A stretch of DNA of 64,000 nt, taken from contig NW_015170276.1 in assembly GCF_001447785.1 (NCBI RefSeq), positions 79,280 to 143,279 on the forward strand. The letters run 5' to 3'. Below, in pieces: positions 1-11,805 of the stretch (positions are counted from its first letter, which is position 1; the number at the start of each line of letters is the position of its first letter). The DNA comes from Gekko japonicus (lineage: Eukaryota). The position numbers were made by a program, and so were the translations under genes. Below the pieces are notes generated by a model that was not told the DNA's origin, searched no databases, and was given only the letters and a program-made list of their open reading frames with translations.

Positions 1-29
1 TTAGCACAGTAACCAAAACAAAATGGATT

Positions 30-790
30 CTAGATTGTTTGCTGCACGGCGCTTTAATTGTTTCCGTCGGTTGAATCACCATGCTACCCCCTCTCCACAG
101 GATCGACTGCCGGCAGAACGATATAACGATCTAACCCACATTAATGACCATCGCTCCCGTGCTCAGCGGATACTGTACCCGTACCCATCTTATCAAATAA
201 GAATAATTCCAGAGCTGATCTACCACCTTCTCCCTCCAGTTTTCCCCCAAAATTCCCCTGGCTAAGGCCAATCGCCGCTGTGGCTGTGGCTGGAGATGTC
301 TGATGGGGAACGGAGGAAATGCCGTGCTCAGAACTGTAAACGGCAGGATCTAGTATAAAAAAACCTATGAAACCTGCACACGGTTGTTCCTGTCATAAAC
401 CCAGCCACCCACTCCTGACGTACAAAAGCACCCGGCTAACATCCATCATTAACATTAACATTCAAGTGCTGCGCGGAACGGTCCGCGTCTGTCCAAAGTC
501 CCGAAAAGTCGTTATAACGACGCCATTTTAAAAAAAAGGGGGTGGTGGGCGTGGAGAAAGGGGAGGAAGGGCGGAGGAAGGGTGGAGGAGGGAAGGTGGG
601 CGGGAAACATTCCCTTCGAGGCAAAAGGAAAATCCGCCAATTTGGGCGATTGCTCAGATGCGGGGCGAATAGCTTAAAACGCCGCCGCAAAGCATGGCCC
701 CGAAGCAACTACTGTGAAACCGAAAAGATACATCGCGGAGAACTAAGGCTTGACTGCGGCGCAAAGGCTAGTGAGAAATCGCCCTCTGTC
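30..790. promoter_or_regulatory. CpG-island promoter / 5' end of an unidentified gene, probably transcribed on the minus strand out of the window
   Basis: High CpG density. YY1 motif CGCCATTTT at 521-529, E2F-like GGCGGGAAA at 599-607, GC boxes at ~545-600, CCAAT at ~268 and ~637. Candidate minus-strand acceptor (tttttttatactag|) at 350/349. Confidence 0.7.
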
Positions 791-1004
791 TTTCAAATAC
801 TGACCAACAGCATCTGTAGGGTGCATATCACACTGGGGTTGTAACCTAGGAGTAGGTGCACACGTCCTCATCTTTCATGGCTTTCTGTCTCTATGTCATC
901 TCTCCATAAATGGTGTCTTTGTTCTAGTGCCCCAACTGCCTCTTGCAGGGAACTTTATGACCATATATGAGGTTGCCATATACCAAGCAAATCACTGGAT
1001 GACC

Positions 1005-1096
1005 TACAGTGCTGTCCTAAAGCAGAGTTACACCCTTCTAAGGTTATTGACATCAATGGGTTTAGAAGGCTATATCTCTGCTTAGAATGGCATCGC
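1005..1096. mobile_element. Short palindromic MITE-like repeat (tacagtgc..cctaa...ttagg..gcactgta family) inserted in a tRNA-headed SINE remnant (~960-1235)
   Basis: Self-complementary ~90 bp centred on cattga(c/a)atcaatgg. Related copies at 4988-5331, ~9351-9432 and ~10198-10282. Confidence 0.6.
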
Positions 1097-1734
1097 TGGT
1101 CTGATATTGTCTTCTCTGACTGTCAGTGGGGTTCCAAGAACCTTGCCAGCCCTGTTGCCCAACATCCTCTATTTAGAGGGTTTGAACTTGGGATCTTCTG
1201 CATGGAAAGCATTTCCTATGCTGCTGAACTATGACCCCCTCCCCGCTATCCCTACTTACAATATGTGAGTAGGTTGTAAACATTCCTGCAGTCTCATGAA
1301 GAGTGAGAACCCAGTTCTGTGCTTCCTGTTGTTTTAGATGAGCCCCTATGTAGAAACAGATCTGGTCTTCATTCCCACCCTTATGTTGGGGTGACGTCTG
1401 ACCTTGTTTGTTTGTTTGTTTTTATTTAAAACATTTTAAAGCCAGCTGTTCCTCCCAATTTAGGGTCCCCAGGGTGGCAAAAATAAAAACACTAAAACAA
1501 GGTTCAAGCACATATCCATATATATAAAAACAATTAAAAATAATTTAGACAGAACACATGAACCGACAAAGACGTCAACAGGACGGATCCATGGGGATCA
1601 GTGAGGGAATGCCAAACAAAACAAGGAAGTGTTCACCTGCTGGTGGAAGACAATGATGAAAGGGGAAAGATGACTCTCCCTGGGGAAGGAATTCCATAAT
1701 TGTGGTGCCACATCTGAGAAGGCCTTTCCCCAGG

Positions 1735-2590
1735 TTTATTATTTATTTATTTATTTATTCAATTTATACCCCGGCTTCCCTGCTGAAGCAGGCTCAGGGA
1801 GGCTTACATAAAAATACATATATAAATACAATTTAAATCATTCAAAAAAACAACCATAAACAAATGAATTGTCCTAAAGTGCTGAAACAATACTCAGATA
1901 AAGTGCAAGAGCAGAGATTTCTAGATTAAACAGTACTCCATAGGTGACAGTCAATGATGGTATTCTGCACCAGCTCAGTAGATCTACTTATTTGTGTGGC
2001 AAGGGCAGGCTGAAGGTGGTAAGGCACAGGGCCACTCCTCAAGTGTTTTTTGCGGCTCCTAATCAAAGGCCTGGTGGAAGAGCTCCATCTTGCAGGCCTT
2101 GCGAAAATGTAAGAGGTCCCACAGGACCCTGATCTCTTCCAGGAGCTCATTCTACCAGCAAGGAGCCACCACTGAGAAGGCCCTGGCCCTGGTTATCGCC
2201 AGCCTGGCATCTTTGAAGCCTAGGATGGCCAGCCAGTTTTGGGCCCCTGAATGCAGTGCTCTCTGGGGAACATATATGGAAAGGCGGCCCCTTAGGTATG
2301 CTGAACCCTGATCATAAAGGGCTTTAAAGGTCAAAACCAGCACCTTGAAGTGAATCCGGTATGCCATTGGCAGCCAGTGCAATGCTTTTAACACAGGCTG
2401 GATGTGCTCCCATGTAGAGAGACCCATCAACAGCATGGCTGCAGCATTTTGCACTAGCTGCAGCCTCCGGATTTGGGACAAGGACAGCCCCATGTAGAGA
2501 GCATTACAGTAGTCTAACCTTGAGGTGACTATCGCGTGGATCACGGTTGCCGAGTCGTTGCATTCAAGGAAGGGAACTAACTGCCTAATC
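1735..2590 (-). mobile_element. 5'-truncated L2-clade LINE 3' end, inserted into an older L2 remnant (~1405-1734 and ~2590-2660)
   Basis: ORF 2152-2544(-) RLDYCNALYMGL...LQLVQNAAA...HWLP...FKVLVLTFKAL is the typical L2 ORF2 C-terminus. (TTTA)n tail at ~1735-1758. Confidence 0.9.
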
Positions 2591-3375
2591 AGCTACTCAT
2601 CTAGCCTCAGATGGTGGGGGCACCTGAAGAAGAGCCTCCAATGCTGACCTTGATAACATAATTGTCCATTTTTCTACTGCCTCCCCCTTTTCATACACTA
2701 GAGAGATATCTTGAGGCCATTGACTTATTTCTGTGTCATCTTGGAAAGCATCAGATTATTTTAGTTAAAGAAAATGAAGATCTATTTTCTGGCTATTGTT
2801 CAGGAGAAGATGCATGTAACGTTAAACTTCTGGCTCAGAGTAGGTCTATCAGAAAGGCCGCCAACCCATTTACAAAGCTGAAATGACGATCAAGCATACT
2901 ACCAGCATACGGAATGTTCATTCAAGCTGTCAGTCTTGCCTCTCCCTGCCAACTCCTTCCCTCCCCACCACTTCCTCCTCCTCTTCCTCCTCTCTCTGGG
3001 GACAACTACTAAAATACCCTGAAGCTAAATGAGCTACATGAGATCTTTCAGGGCTAGCCACTTCCAGGGTCTGTTTTCTTGCAAGGGAAGGGTGCTGGAA
3101 ACTTAGAACGACTTTGTAATATCTCCCAAAGCTCCTTTAAGTTTAGTGAGTTCAGCTCCCAGCTTTTTGTCTGACCCCCCCCTCCCCACAAAGTTTAAAA
3201 GCAAATCTGTCTCTCTGACTCAAACTGTATCCCTCCGTCAGATTCTGGTGCATTGCATTCCAAAACTTGGATTGAGACTTCCTTCTACTAAAGATCATTA
3301 TATTTTCTTTTTGCCTTTCACTAGATACAAGGTTCTGCATTCAGGCCCATGTTTGTTATTTATTCGTGTTGCTTA

Positions 3376-3593
3376 TAGAGTCACCAGATCTGGGATGGGA
3401 AATGACTGGAGATTTTTTGGGTGGAGCCTGAGGAGGGTGGAGTTTGGGGAGGGGAGGGACCTCAGCAGGATCTAGTGCCATAGAATCCATCCTCCAAAAG
3501 AGCCATTTTCTCCATAGGGACTGAACTCGTGTGGCTGGAGAGGAACTGTAAGAGCAGGTGATCTCCAGGTGCTACCTGGAGGCTGGCAACCCT
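3376..3593. mobile_element. MITE-like repeat with agggttgcc...ggcaaccct termini
   Basis: Shared body gccatagagtccaccctccaaagcagccatttt... Copies at 5696-5905, 42561-42778, ~47720-47950 and ~48065-48280. Confidence 0.65.
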
Positions 3594-3893
3594 AGCTACT
3601 AAGTTATGGCAGATGAAGGAATGGCTTCAGAGTCAAAATGGACAGATGTATCTGAACTTTTGTATGTTTTTTTAAAAAAACAATTGAATTCCTACTTTCT
3701 GAGTTAATGCTGTTCTTTTTATGGTTTTAAGTTTTATGTGGTTCATAGCTGTTAAGAATTGTTTCTTATGACCACATGAGTGCTGATGGGGAAATCTTTG
3801 ATATGTATATATTGAAATAATGCGAATGACCAAAGAAACAAGAAATAATATTAGCTGGAAATGTGTCATTTCCCCGCTTTCCTAGTAGAACTA

Positions 3894-3963
3894 NNNNNNN
3901 NNNNNNNNNNNNNNNNNNNNNNNNNNNNNNNNNNNNNNNNNNNNNNNNNNNNNNNNNNNNNNN
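3894..3963. other. Assembly gap (N run)
   Basis: Run of N. Confidence 1.
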
Positions 3964-5015
3964 AATTTTATGTAGCTTTCCTCTAGCTGTTTAACAGCTT
4001 TTTTGAAAACAGAGAAAGCAAATGAATGAATGACACCATGGCAAATTCTGAAGAAACCCTGGACAAGGAAACCTGTGGAGTGATTCAAATGGAGCCCAGA
4101 TTCACGCTGAGGAAACGTTGCCAATGACAGCTCCATTTGCGTTGGCTTTGGCTTTTACTTTCTCTTCCTTTCTAAAACAGAATCAGTCAAATGATGATCT
4201 TGTAGCTCTGCTGGAAACACTTGACTGCAAGCTCACTAGAACATGAGAGAGAAAGGGAGCATTTAGTCCTTGTGGGCAATCCTTGCTTCCTCCTAATTTA
4301 CTCATATCCACTGCTGGGTAAACACCATTATCTGTCAAACTTTATTGCACCATAAACTCAATGGACAGGAAATAATATGGCAATGATTAAAGGGCTGAGG
4401 ATGTGTGCCTATATGCAAAATAATTTGCCCACAGTAAATGCTCTGACATGTAAAATGCACATTTATAATCACATAAACAAAGACTTATGGCTAGGGGGCC
4501 CTGCAGTAATGACTTCCCAGTTTGAATGCTGTGTATCTCATTTAGAGGCACACACAATGGATATAGCATTGCGGCTGAGCATTTAGAGGTTTGCTGTAGT
4601 GATGCCACAGGCCTTACCTCACCCCTTTGTCCTATTTGGAGGTTCCCAGTTTATAGCCATCAACATTCAGGATTTATGGATAGTAAGGGGGAAAGTAAAG
4701 ACAGAGAACCTGCTCAGTAATTTCTGATTCAGGCACTGTTATATGGGCGGTTCAAAGGACATCCTGACCAAGGTGACTCACATTCTTCTCATGGTTTGGA
4801 TGGTGGTAAATCACAGCAAAACATGAGCAGCTTAAAGCAAGTTCAGTATACCAAAACTAGGACACAATTATCGGGGGGGGGGGGGGGGGAAGCAAAGATT
4901 TTTGAGAGAGGGATCAGCAAACATGATGAGGTCATTCTTCAATACATTGTTCTAAACTGGAGAAAAGCAATGTAATTTAAGAGATCTACATTGCAATCCT
5001 AAATACAGTTGTGCC

Positions 5016-5272
5016 CAGTTTGGTGTAGTGGTTAGGAGTGCAGACTCTAATCTGGGAGAACCGGGTTTGATTCCCCACTCCTCCACATGCAGCTGCTGGG
5101 TGACCTTGGGCAAGCCAGAGTTCTCTCAGAGCTGTTCTCCCAAGAGCAGTTCTCAAAGAGCTCTCTCACCTACCTCACAGGGTGTCTATTGTGGGGAGAG
5201 GAAGGGAAGGAGATTGTAAACCGCTCTGAGACTCCGAGTGAAGGGTGGAGTATAAATCCAGTCTTGTCCTCC
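5016..5272 (+). mobile_element. tRNA-derived SINE (Squam3-like), splitting a palindromic MITE whose arms are at 4988-5015 and ~5280-5331
   Basis: Box A tggtgtagtggtt and box B ggtttgattcc head, CORE-like cctacctcacagggtg, tail gtaaaccgctctgag...gtataaatcc. Confidence 0.85.
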
Positions 5273-5695
5273 TCCACCTTCATTGAAATCAATGGACTTA
5301 GAAAGGTGTAATTCTGCTTAAGACTGCATTGTTATTGTAACTTTTCTGTATCACTTACAATTATAGTGGTGTTATTAACACAGGATTTAAAAAAAAAATC
5401 TTTTCCAAACAAAAGGGTTAGTGCTTTTGGCATGCTACAGCAACAATTTACTTTGCTCTATGAGTTACCTAGACCGGAAAGTTTTCAGGGAATGTAGATA
5501 CTCCAGAATATGGATTTAAACAGAGAGGCAGGAGAATCAGTTGCCTTCCCTATATAATACCCATGTGTGAACATTATAGTAGTGCCTTCTTATCAACTTC
5601 ACCATTGTGAAAAGGGGACACATGTTGATCCTCACATACGCAACATGATTGGAAAGAATCAGAAAATACAGGTCTAAGAGTGAGAGCACTGGATA

Positions 5696-5905
5696 GTAGG
5701 CTTGCCAACTCCAGCTTGGTAAATTCCTGGAGATTTAGGGGCAGTGCTTGGGGAGGGCAGAGTTTTGAGAAATCAGAGAGCTCAGCAGGGGCCTGTTGCC
5801 ATAGACCCAAAGTTCTCAATTCCTCCAGGGGAGCTTAGCCCTGTACTCTGGAGGACACTTATAATTCCAGGATTTCTCCAGGTCCCACCTGGAGGTTGGC
5901 AACTG
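5696..5905. mobile_element. MITE-like repeat (agggttgcc TIR family)
   Basis: Termini taggcttgccaac ... gttggcaact; homologous to 3376-3593. Confidence 0.6.
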
Positions 5906-7489
5906 TACTTGGTAGTAGCCCTGCTTTCCAATCTCCCCACATTAATGTTAAATATTTTAGCAAATAAATTATAATTGATGATGATTTTCATTAAGTGCAA
6001 GCTAATTGTAATTAGAACCAGATGTCTAAAGTATTCACACAAAACCTCAGCAAAACTGGTTTTGCTTCCACTGATTTGTATTATTTCTTTAAAACTGGCT
6101 TTGAAATATCCACATATTTCTCTGCTCTACTCACATTATCTGAACTTTTCGTGCCTTGAGTCTGCCTCTGTGTGAACTCTAATGGATGACTCTCTTCTAT
6201 AAGTTGTCCACTAAAAATATTCCAGAATGTGTAATTTTGGAAGGGAACTAGCAATGAGTAAGCTGCATAAAACTTATACCCTCTTCATAACTGTATGTAT
6301 GCATTTGTTGTTCAACTAAACATATTGCCGTTTCTGAAAAGTTGCTGTGCTTCTTTGGGAGGAGACTATAAACTCATTCTCACAACTGTGAATTTGCCAA
6401 GTTTGTACCTGTGTGTACAAAATATTTTCCCCCAGTACATGGTGATTAAAAAACAAATTATACCCCTACCAACTACCTAAACCTTTCATAGTGAAATAAA
6501 TAAAATGTATTCACTGAAAAATTAGGATCTGGATGCACAACAAAGCAATTGTTATTCTGTCCACAAATCTGTTCTGGATACAGAATGGTAGCCCAAATGT
6601 GATCGGGAATGTTCCCTGAATCAGATCCTTACTTGAGAGGTAAAAACCTAACCTAGCTCCTTGCCCTTCCTTTTTTTCTTAGCTGCCACGTCTTAAGTCA
6701 GTCATGATTAAGGAAGGCAAACCAAGGGAGCAAAGCAGAGTTCAGTCTATTTAAGGATGATGGAGTTCCTGATCACTCTGAGATTAGCATTACTTCAAAA
6801 GCAAAAAGAGGGCCATTTTGCGAGTGAATAAAAGTATCTTAGAGAAAGACTGGAATCTGGGTCAGAGGCTTGCTTCTCTGAAGGGATCTCATTATACATA
6901 AATCATGAAGTGTTCATCAGTACATTTACAGCCCTAGCAGTGCAATCATCGGGATTGATATGCTAATAGGGCAAGTATTTACAAAATCAAAGAACTGCTA
7001 ACTGCATGTGTGAAGCCATCCTTTAAGTTTCTCTTCTCCATAATATGCAAGAGGGTGGTAGCATTGATCAATGACATGGGATTTTCCCAACTCGATTGTC
7101 TAATGTTCCAAAGCTCATTCATATGGGATCAATTAAAATAATCATTCAAATGTTATTTTGCATTTATTAACCAAGAAGTATTTGAGAGGACACTTCTGAA
7201 CATTTGTTTATTTAGATATTTATGTATACCCCACTTTTTTCCCCAGTGGGGACCCAAACTGACTTACAACTTTGTTTGCCCCCCCCCCCCCATAATAAGG
7301 GTGAGATACAGAATGTAACATTGAGTGCACTGGAATATAGCAGTGTCTAGAGCACAAAGAAGAAGAGGAAAGAAGATCTTGGGGGGGGGGAGATAGCAAG
7401 CTCTAGCTAGACAAGACTGTAGGAAGTACCTTCTTTCTAAAGGGACTTTTCCTTGTCTGTAGCTATTCTTAGCCTTTTCCTCTAGAACA

Positions 7490-8305
7490 GACTAGTACTC
7501 CCTCTCAGCTGGAAAGCAGCTAGGTTTATCTCTTCCCCTTCCTATCCAGTTTGTTAGTTTACCTTTTTTACAAGTCCACCACATATTGTAAAAGGTTCCA
7601 TCTATATCTTGGCATTTCCAGCATTTTCCTTTGTAATTTTTGTCAACTTTCTCAATATCCTTGGGAATTATATACCATCTGAAGAACATTTTATACCATT
7701 TTCCTCTTAATGCCTGGCTGGCTGTAAACTTATTTTCCCCATAACTATTCCCATTGATGGTATTTGCTCTCTGAAATTCTGCATCCATTTAATCGTAATT
7801 TTTTTTACTTCTTCTTCTGTTTCTAACTGAAGTAATAACTTGTATATCCATCATAATAGATGATCTTTTTGTTTTATAATCAGCTGTTTGAACTCAGTCA
7901 TATCTCCACCTTCTGTGCTGAAAATCTTCTTTAATCCTGGAGTTGATTGGTGATAAATTAATTCCGTCATCTCTAATGTCTTGCCAGGATCTGAGTTCCC
8001 CCTGAGTGTTTACCTTGTTACCATACATTAAAAATCACTTTTATTTCTCATATTCTTGTCATCATGAGCTTCTATTGGGGACATAACTGGAGAGTTTGGA
8101 GGGCTCAATAAATTCCGACATGTAAACCATATTCTCAAAAGCCCATCTCTGATTATATGACTTCTTTCTTGTGTTGTGACCATTTTAGTTGATTATTTTT
8201 TCCATAAATAATTGTGTAAAACGTCTTCTAGGCCTGCTGATTCAAGTTTTACTACCCTTTGTCTTGGACCAAGGAACTGCATCTTACCCTTTTCTTTTGA
8301 ATCCT
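7490..8305 (-). mobile_element. L1-clade LINE ORF2 C-terminal fragment
   Basis: ORF 7492-7788(-) YKMFFRWYI.P...CWKCQDIDGTFYNMWWTC is a degenerate L1 Cys-rich knuckle region. Confidence 0.8.
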
Positions 8306-8367
8306 TTGCTTAGTCTGCTGTTGTGCTGCTGAGAGTGAAAATTTTTGTTTTAATAAATACTTTATAA

Positions 8368-9350
8368 CAGGGGTGGCTAAACTGTGGCTCAGGAGCCACG
8401 TGTAGCTCTTTCACACATATTGTGTGGCTCCCGGCAGGGTGGCTGGGGAAGTGAAAGGAAGGCATGCCTCCCCGATGGGTCTTCCCTTCCCCAGCCAGTG
8501 TTCCCCTTCCTGTGTAGGCTTGAGGTGGGGGAGGGAGCACAGAAAGAAAGCAACTTAAACTTTAAATAAATTCTCACACACACCCCACCGGCTGGCTTGG
8601 AGAAGACATTTGTCTCTTTAAAACCCCTCCAAGCCAAGCCAGCTGGTGTGTGGGGGGGGGCTTGGAGGATGCATTTAAAGTTTAAATTGATTTTTTTCCA
8701 CCNNNNNNNNNNNNNNNNNNNNNNNNNNNNNNNNNNNNNNNNNNNNNNNNNNNNNNNNNNNNNNNNNNNNNNNNNNNNNNNNNNNNNNNNNNNNNNNNNN
8801 NNNNNNNNNNNNNNNNNNNNNNNNNNNNNNNNNNNNNNNNNNNNNNNNNGGGTTCTCCAAGCCCCACCACACCGCCGCCCCGGCTTGGCTTGGAAAAGGC
8901 ATTTGTCTCTTTAAATCCCTTTTCCAAGCCAAGCCGGGGCAGCACTGGTTGTGGAGGCTTGGAGAACACATTTAAAATTAAAGACGTTCTCCAAGCCCCT
9001 GCCCCACGGCCCCACCTGCCAGTTTGGGGGCATGGGTGGTGGTGGTTGGAGAACACATTTAAAGTTAAAGTTACTGTCTTTCCACCTCTCCCTCCCCCCA
9101 TTTATTTGCTTTTCCCCCACCTCTCTCTCTTTCCCCCTCCCTCCCTCTCCCCCTCCCTCTCCCCATCTATTTGCTTTCTTTCTCTAGGGGACAGAGAGAG
9201 AAGGCCTCAGAACTTGGAAGGGAAGCTGGGAGTCCTGGTCCTCCCAGTGGGCAATTCCTACAAAGGCCAGGTGGCGGCGGCATTTGAACAGAGAGGGAGA
9301 AAAACCCCTCCAGCTGTTGGGAAAACCTTGGAGGGCATGGTGGAAAAAAG
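8368..9350. mobile_element. hAT-like non-autonomous element with an internal tandem repeat array, containing an assembly gap at 8703-8849
   Basis: Terminus caggggtggctaaactgtggctc. Repeated unit ccaagccaagcc...ggcttggagaa.acatttaaa at ~8560-9070. Right boundary approximate. Confidence 0.55.
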
Positions 9351-10348
9351 CCTGCAGGTCAGAAACACACTGTTCTAAGCCCACTGATTTCAAAGGACTT
9401 AGAAGGGTGTAAGTCTGCTTAGGAGTATACTGAATATTACTGCCTGTTGCATTTCACAAGTTCCGATGTTCATTATCAAAACTCATTCCACCACTCTACC
9501 TGAACGACCTGTATACTGTAATCAGCCGGGATCAATTTAGTTTGCTGTCACCTGCTAGCAAAAGAGAAAGCAAGAATTAAGCAGAAAGAAACCAAAGAAA
9601 CAGTTTAACAGCTTGTTCTCAGAAATATTAAAGACTAACTCAAAGGGAGTGATTTTGCCTCCCAGCTCTTGCTTCTCACTGCTTGCAGCTGTTCCCGTGA
9701 TGATACAAAAAACTGCAATCCTGTACATAGTTATTTGGTAGAAAGTCCACTGAACTCAATGGGACTTGCGTCGAAGTAAACACACATCGGCTTGTGCTGG
9801 TTGGTTCAGTCACCCTATTCTTCCATATCTAATGTGGTTGGCAGTTTCCCTCTCTGTCTCTGGCGATTCGCATCAAATCTGGAATAGAGGCAGGGAGAAT
9901 CACCATTCTCCTTCTGACAGTTCAAGGGGGCAGGGAGCTCCATTACCCCAGTAACCCTGCTCCCAGGGTCAGGAAACAGATTACGTAGAAGTCCTCCACT
10001 ACCAGTTAGTCAGTACTGAGATCGCTCAAGGGATGTCTCACAGCTTCCCTAGACCAGATGCTTGTAATAACATGTCATTTTTTCTAGAATCACTGATTAT
10101 TGATATTTCATGGTAAGTGAATCAATATATCAACATCCCATTATGAAGAAACTGAATAAATTATTGTGACAGAATTATACTCAAATCACTTCAATAGTAC
10201 AGTCCCCTGGGAAACTGCTCCAGTCTAAGCCCATTGAAATCAGGGGCTTAGCCTGGTGTAATTCTGCATAGGATTGCATTGTCTCTTTTTCTTCTAAATA
10301 GCTTCTTTCATCCCAATATCGCTAGCTTTATAAGAATTTTAATTCTTA

Positions 10349-10921
10349 AAAGTCCATGCGGTTGGGAGGCGTCCCTCCCCCGCCTGCCTCACTTTCCATT
10401 TTACAGAATGAGGTAGGGAGCTTTCTTTTCTCTTTAACTGCCGCTTGCAGCTTTCACCACTTTTTCTTCCGCTCCCCCCCCCCGGGTCTCGCTTTAATTC
10501 TTTATGCGCCTGAGAGGAACCCCTCCCCCGCTCGCCTCTCTTTCTGGTTCTTGGGGTAGGGAGCTTTCTTTTAAGTTCACAAATTTCGCTCAGTCTGACT
10601 CATGTTCATATAAGGTCTTACGACCCCGCTTTACATCGTTTCGCCCGCTCGATCTCCCATGCTTGCCCCGGTCAGCGTCACTAGATCCCATTCGGGCACT
10701 TTGCAGGAAGGACCATTGGGACGGAGGAGCGCCTCAATTCACCCACAACACATAGTCGAAGAGGCAACTCCTCGAGAGTCCCCTGGCTAGGAGCCTTCCG
10801 CCAGGCGCCTGGGAGGGTGTAACAGGCCAGCACTCCCCCTCCTTCCCGCTGTGCACAGAACGCATCCCCAGGAGGTCCGGGAGACGCGTCTGCCTAACGT
10901 GCCGCCATCAACCGGAAGAGC
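10349..10921 (-). mobile_element. 5'UTR-only copy of the ORF1-only L1-derived family
   Basis: Aligns by eye with 50900-51387. 13-bp direct repeat attttaattctta at 10336-10348 and 10922-10934. Confidence 0.75.
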
Positions 10922-11805
10922 ATTTTAATTCTTATACATGACATGCTATTCTTCCTTGATACACGTTTGTTTTTCCACTTCAGTTCAGCAATATTATCAA
11001 TATTTATTCTCAAGTGAGTGTTTTCTTGGAAGACACAGCTGAAGCTATTTTTCATTTCAAAACTGAACCTTGCTAGAACATGAGCACCCACATAGCAAAA
11101 AAAGTGTCCATCTGCTCATTTGATAATTAGTTCAATGTGTATAGTACATCATGCACATTAGGAGGAATAACTTTTCTGGGTCTGGTATGAGCATAACTAG
11201 TCTTTCCAAATAATCATATCTGACACCAAGCCCCTGTGAAAGGTACCTTTACCGATGTGGTTGCGGCTGCCTCTGCAGATGCTCCCAAACTAGCTCAGGT
11301 AGCTCATGCTCTGTGAAGACGTCTGTAGCATGGTTTGGTTTCCCGGCATGCTTAGGAACCATTCAGTTAATGCTGAGTGAGGGCTTGAGAAGGCCTGAGC
11401 TTGCTTTGAGATGGCTTGGGGGCTTTAGCTTGCATTGTTCATAGCACATAGTTCATAGTATGGGTGGTGAGGAGAGAGATGAGGATGATCAGGGGCCTGG
11501 AGACCAAGCCCTACTCACACAATTCCTAGGGATAATGACCTGAAAAACTAACTATGGAACTAGCAAGTATGGTATGGAACTAACAAATAACACAAGTGAT
11601 GAGGTACCCCATTGACCTCTGTGGATGAGAGTTAAATTCAGCTAAAAGAGATGCATTGACAACCACATCCATGCCATAATGTGCACTGATCTTTGGGTGA
11701 AGTAAAATTAGACAGTAATCATGGCATACTCCCAGGAAAGTGTCCTTTGCACTGACACTATATCAGCAGTTTTCAGTCTCTGAGTTCCCCCCTCCCCTTA
11801 AACTA

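Noticed and set aside
30-790. Assigning gene names to the two CpG-island promoters (here and 56010-56945)
   Set aside because: Only non-coding 5' sequence is in the window, so I cannot identify either gene without a search.
5016-5090. tRNA genes at SINE heads (also 30540, 31737, 53809, 62852)
   Set aside because: Box A/B are present but each continues into a SINE body and tail, and no complete cloverleaf is evident.
11220-11450. Non-repetitive block considered as a sno/scaRNA
   Set aside because: No convincing C/D or H/ACA box arrangement and no recognisable guide sequence.
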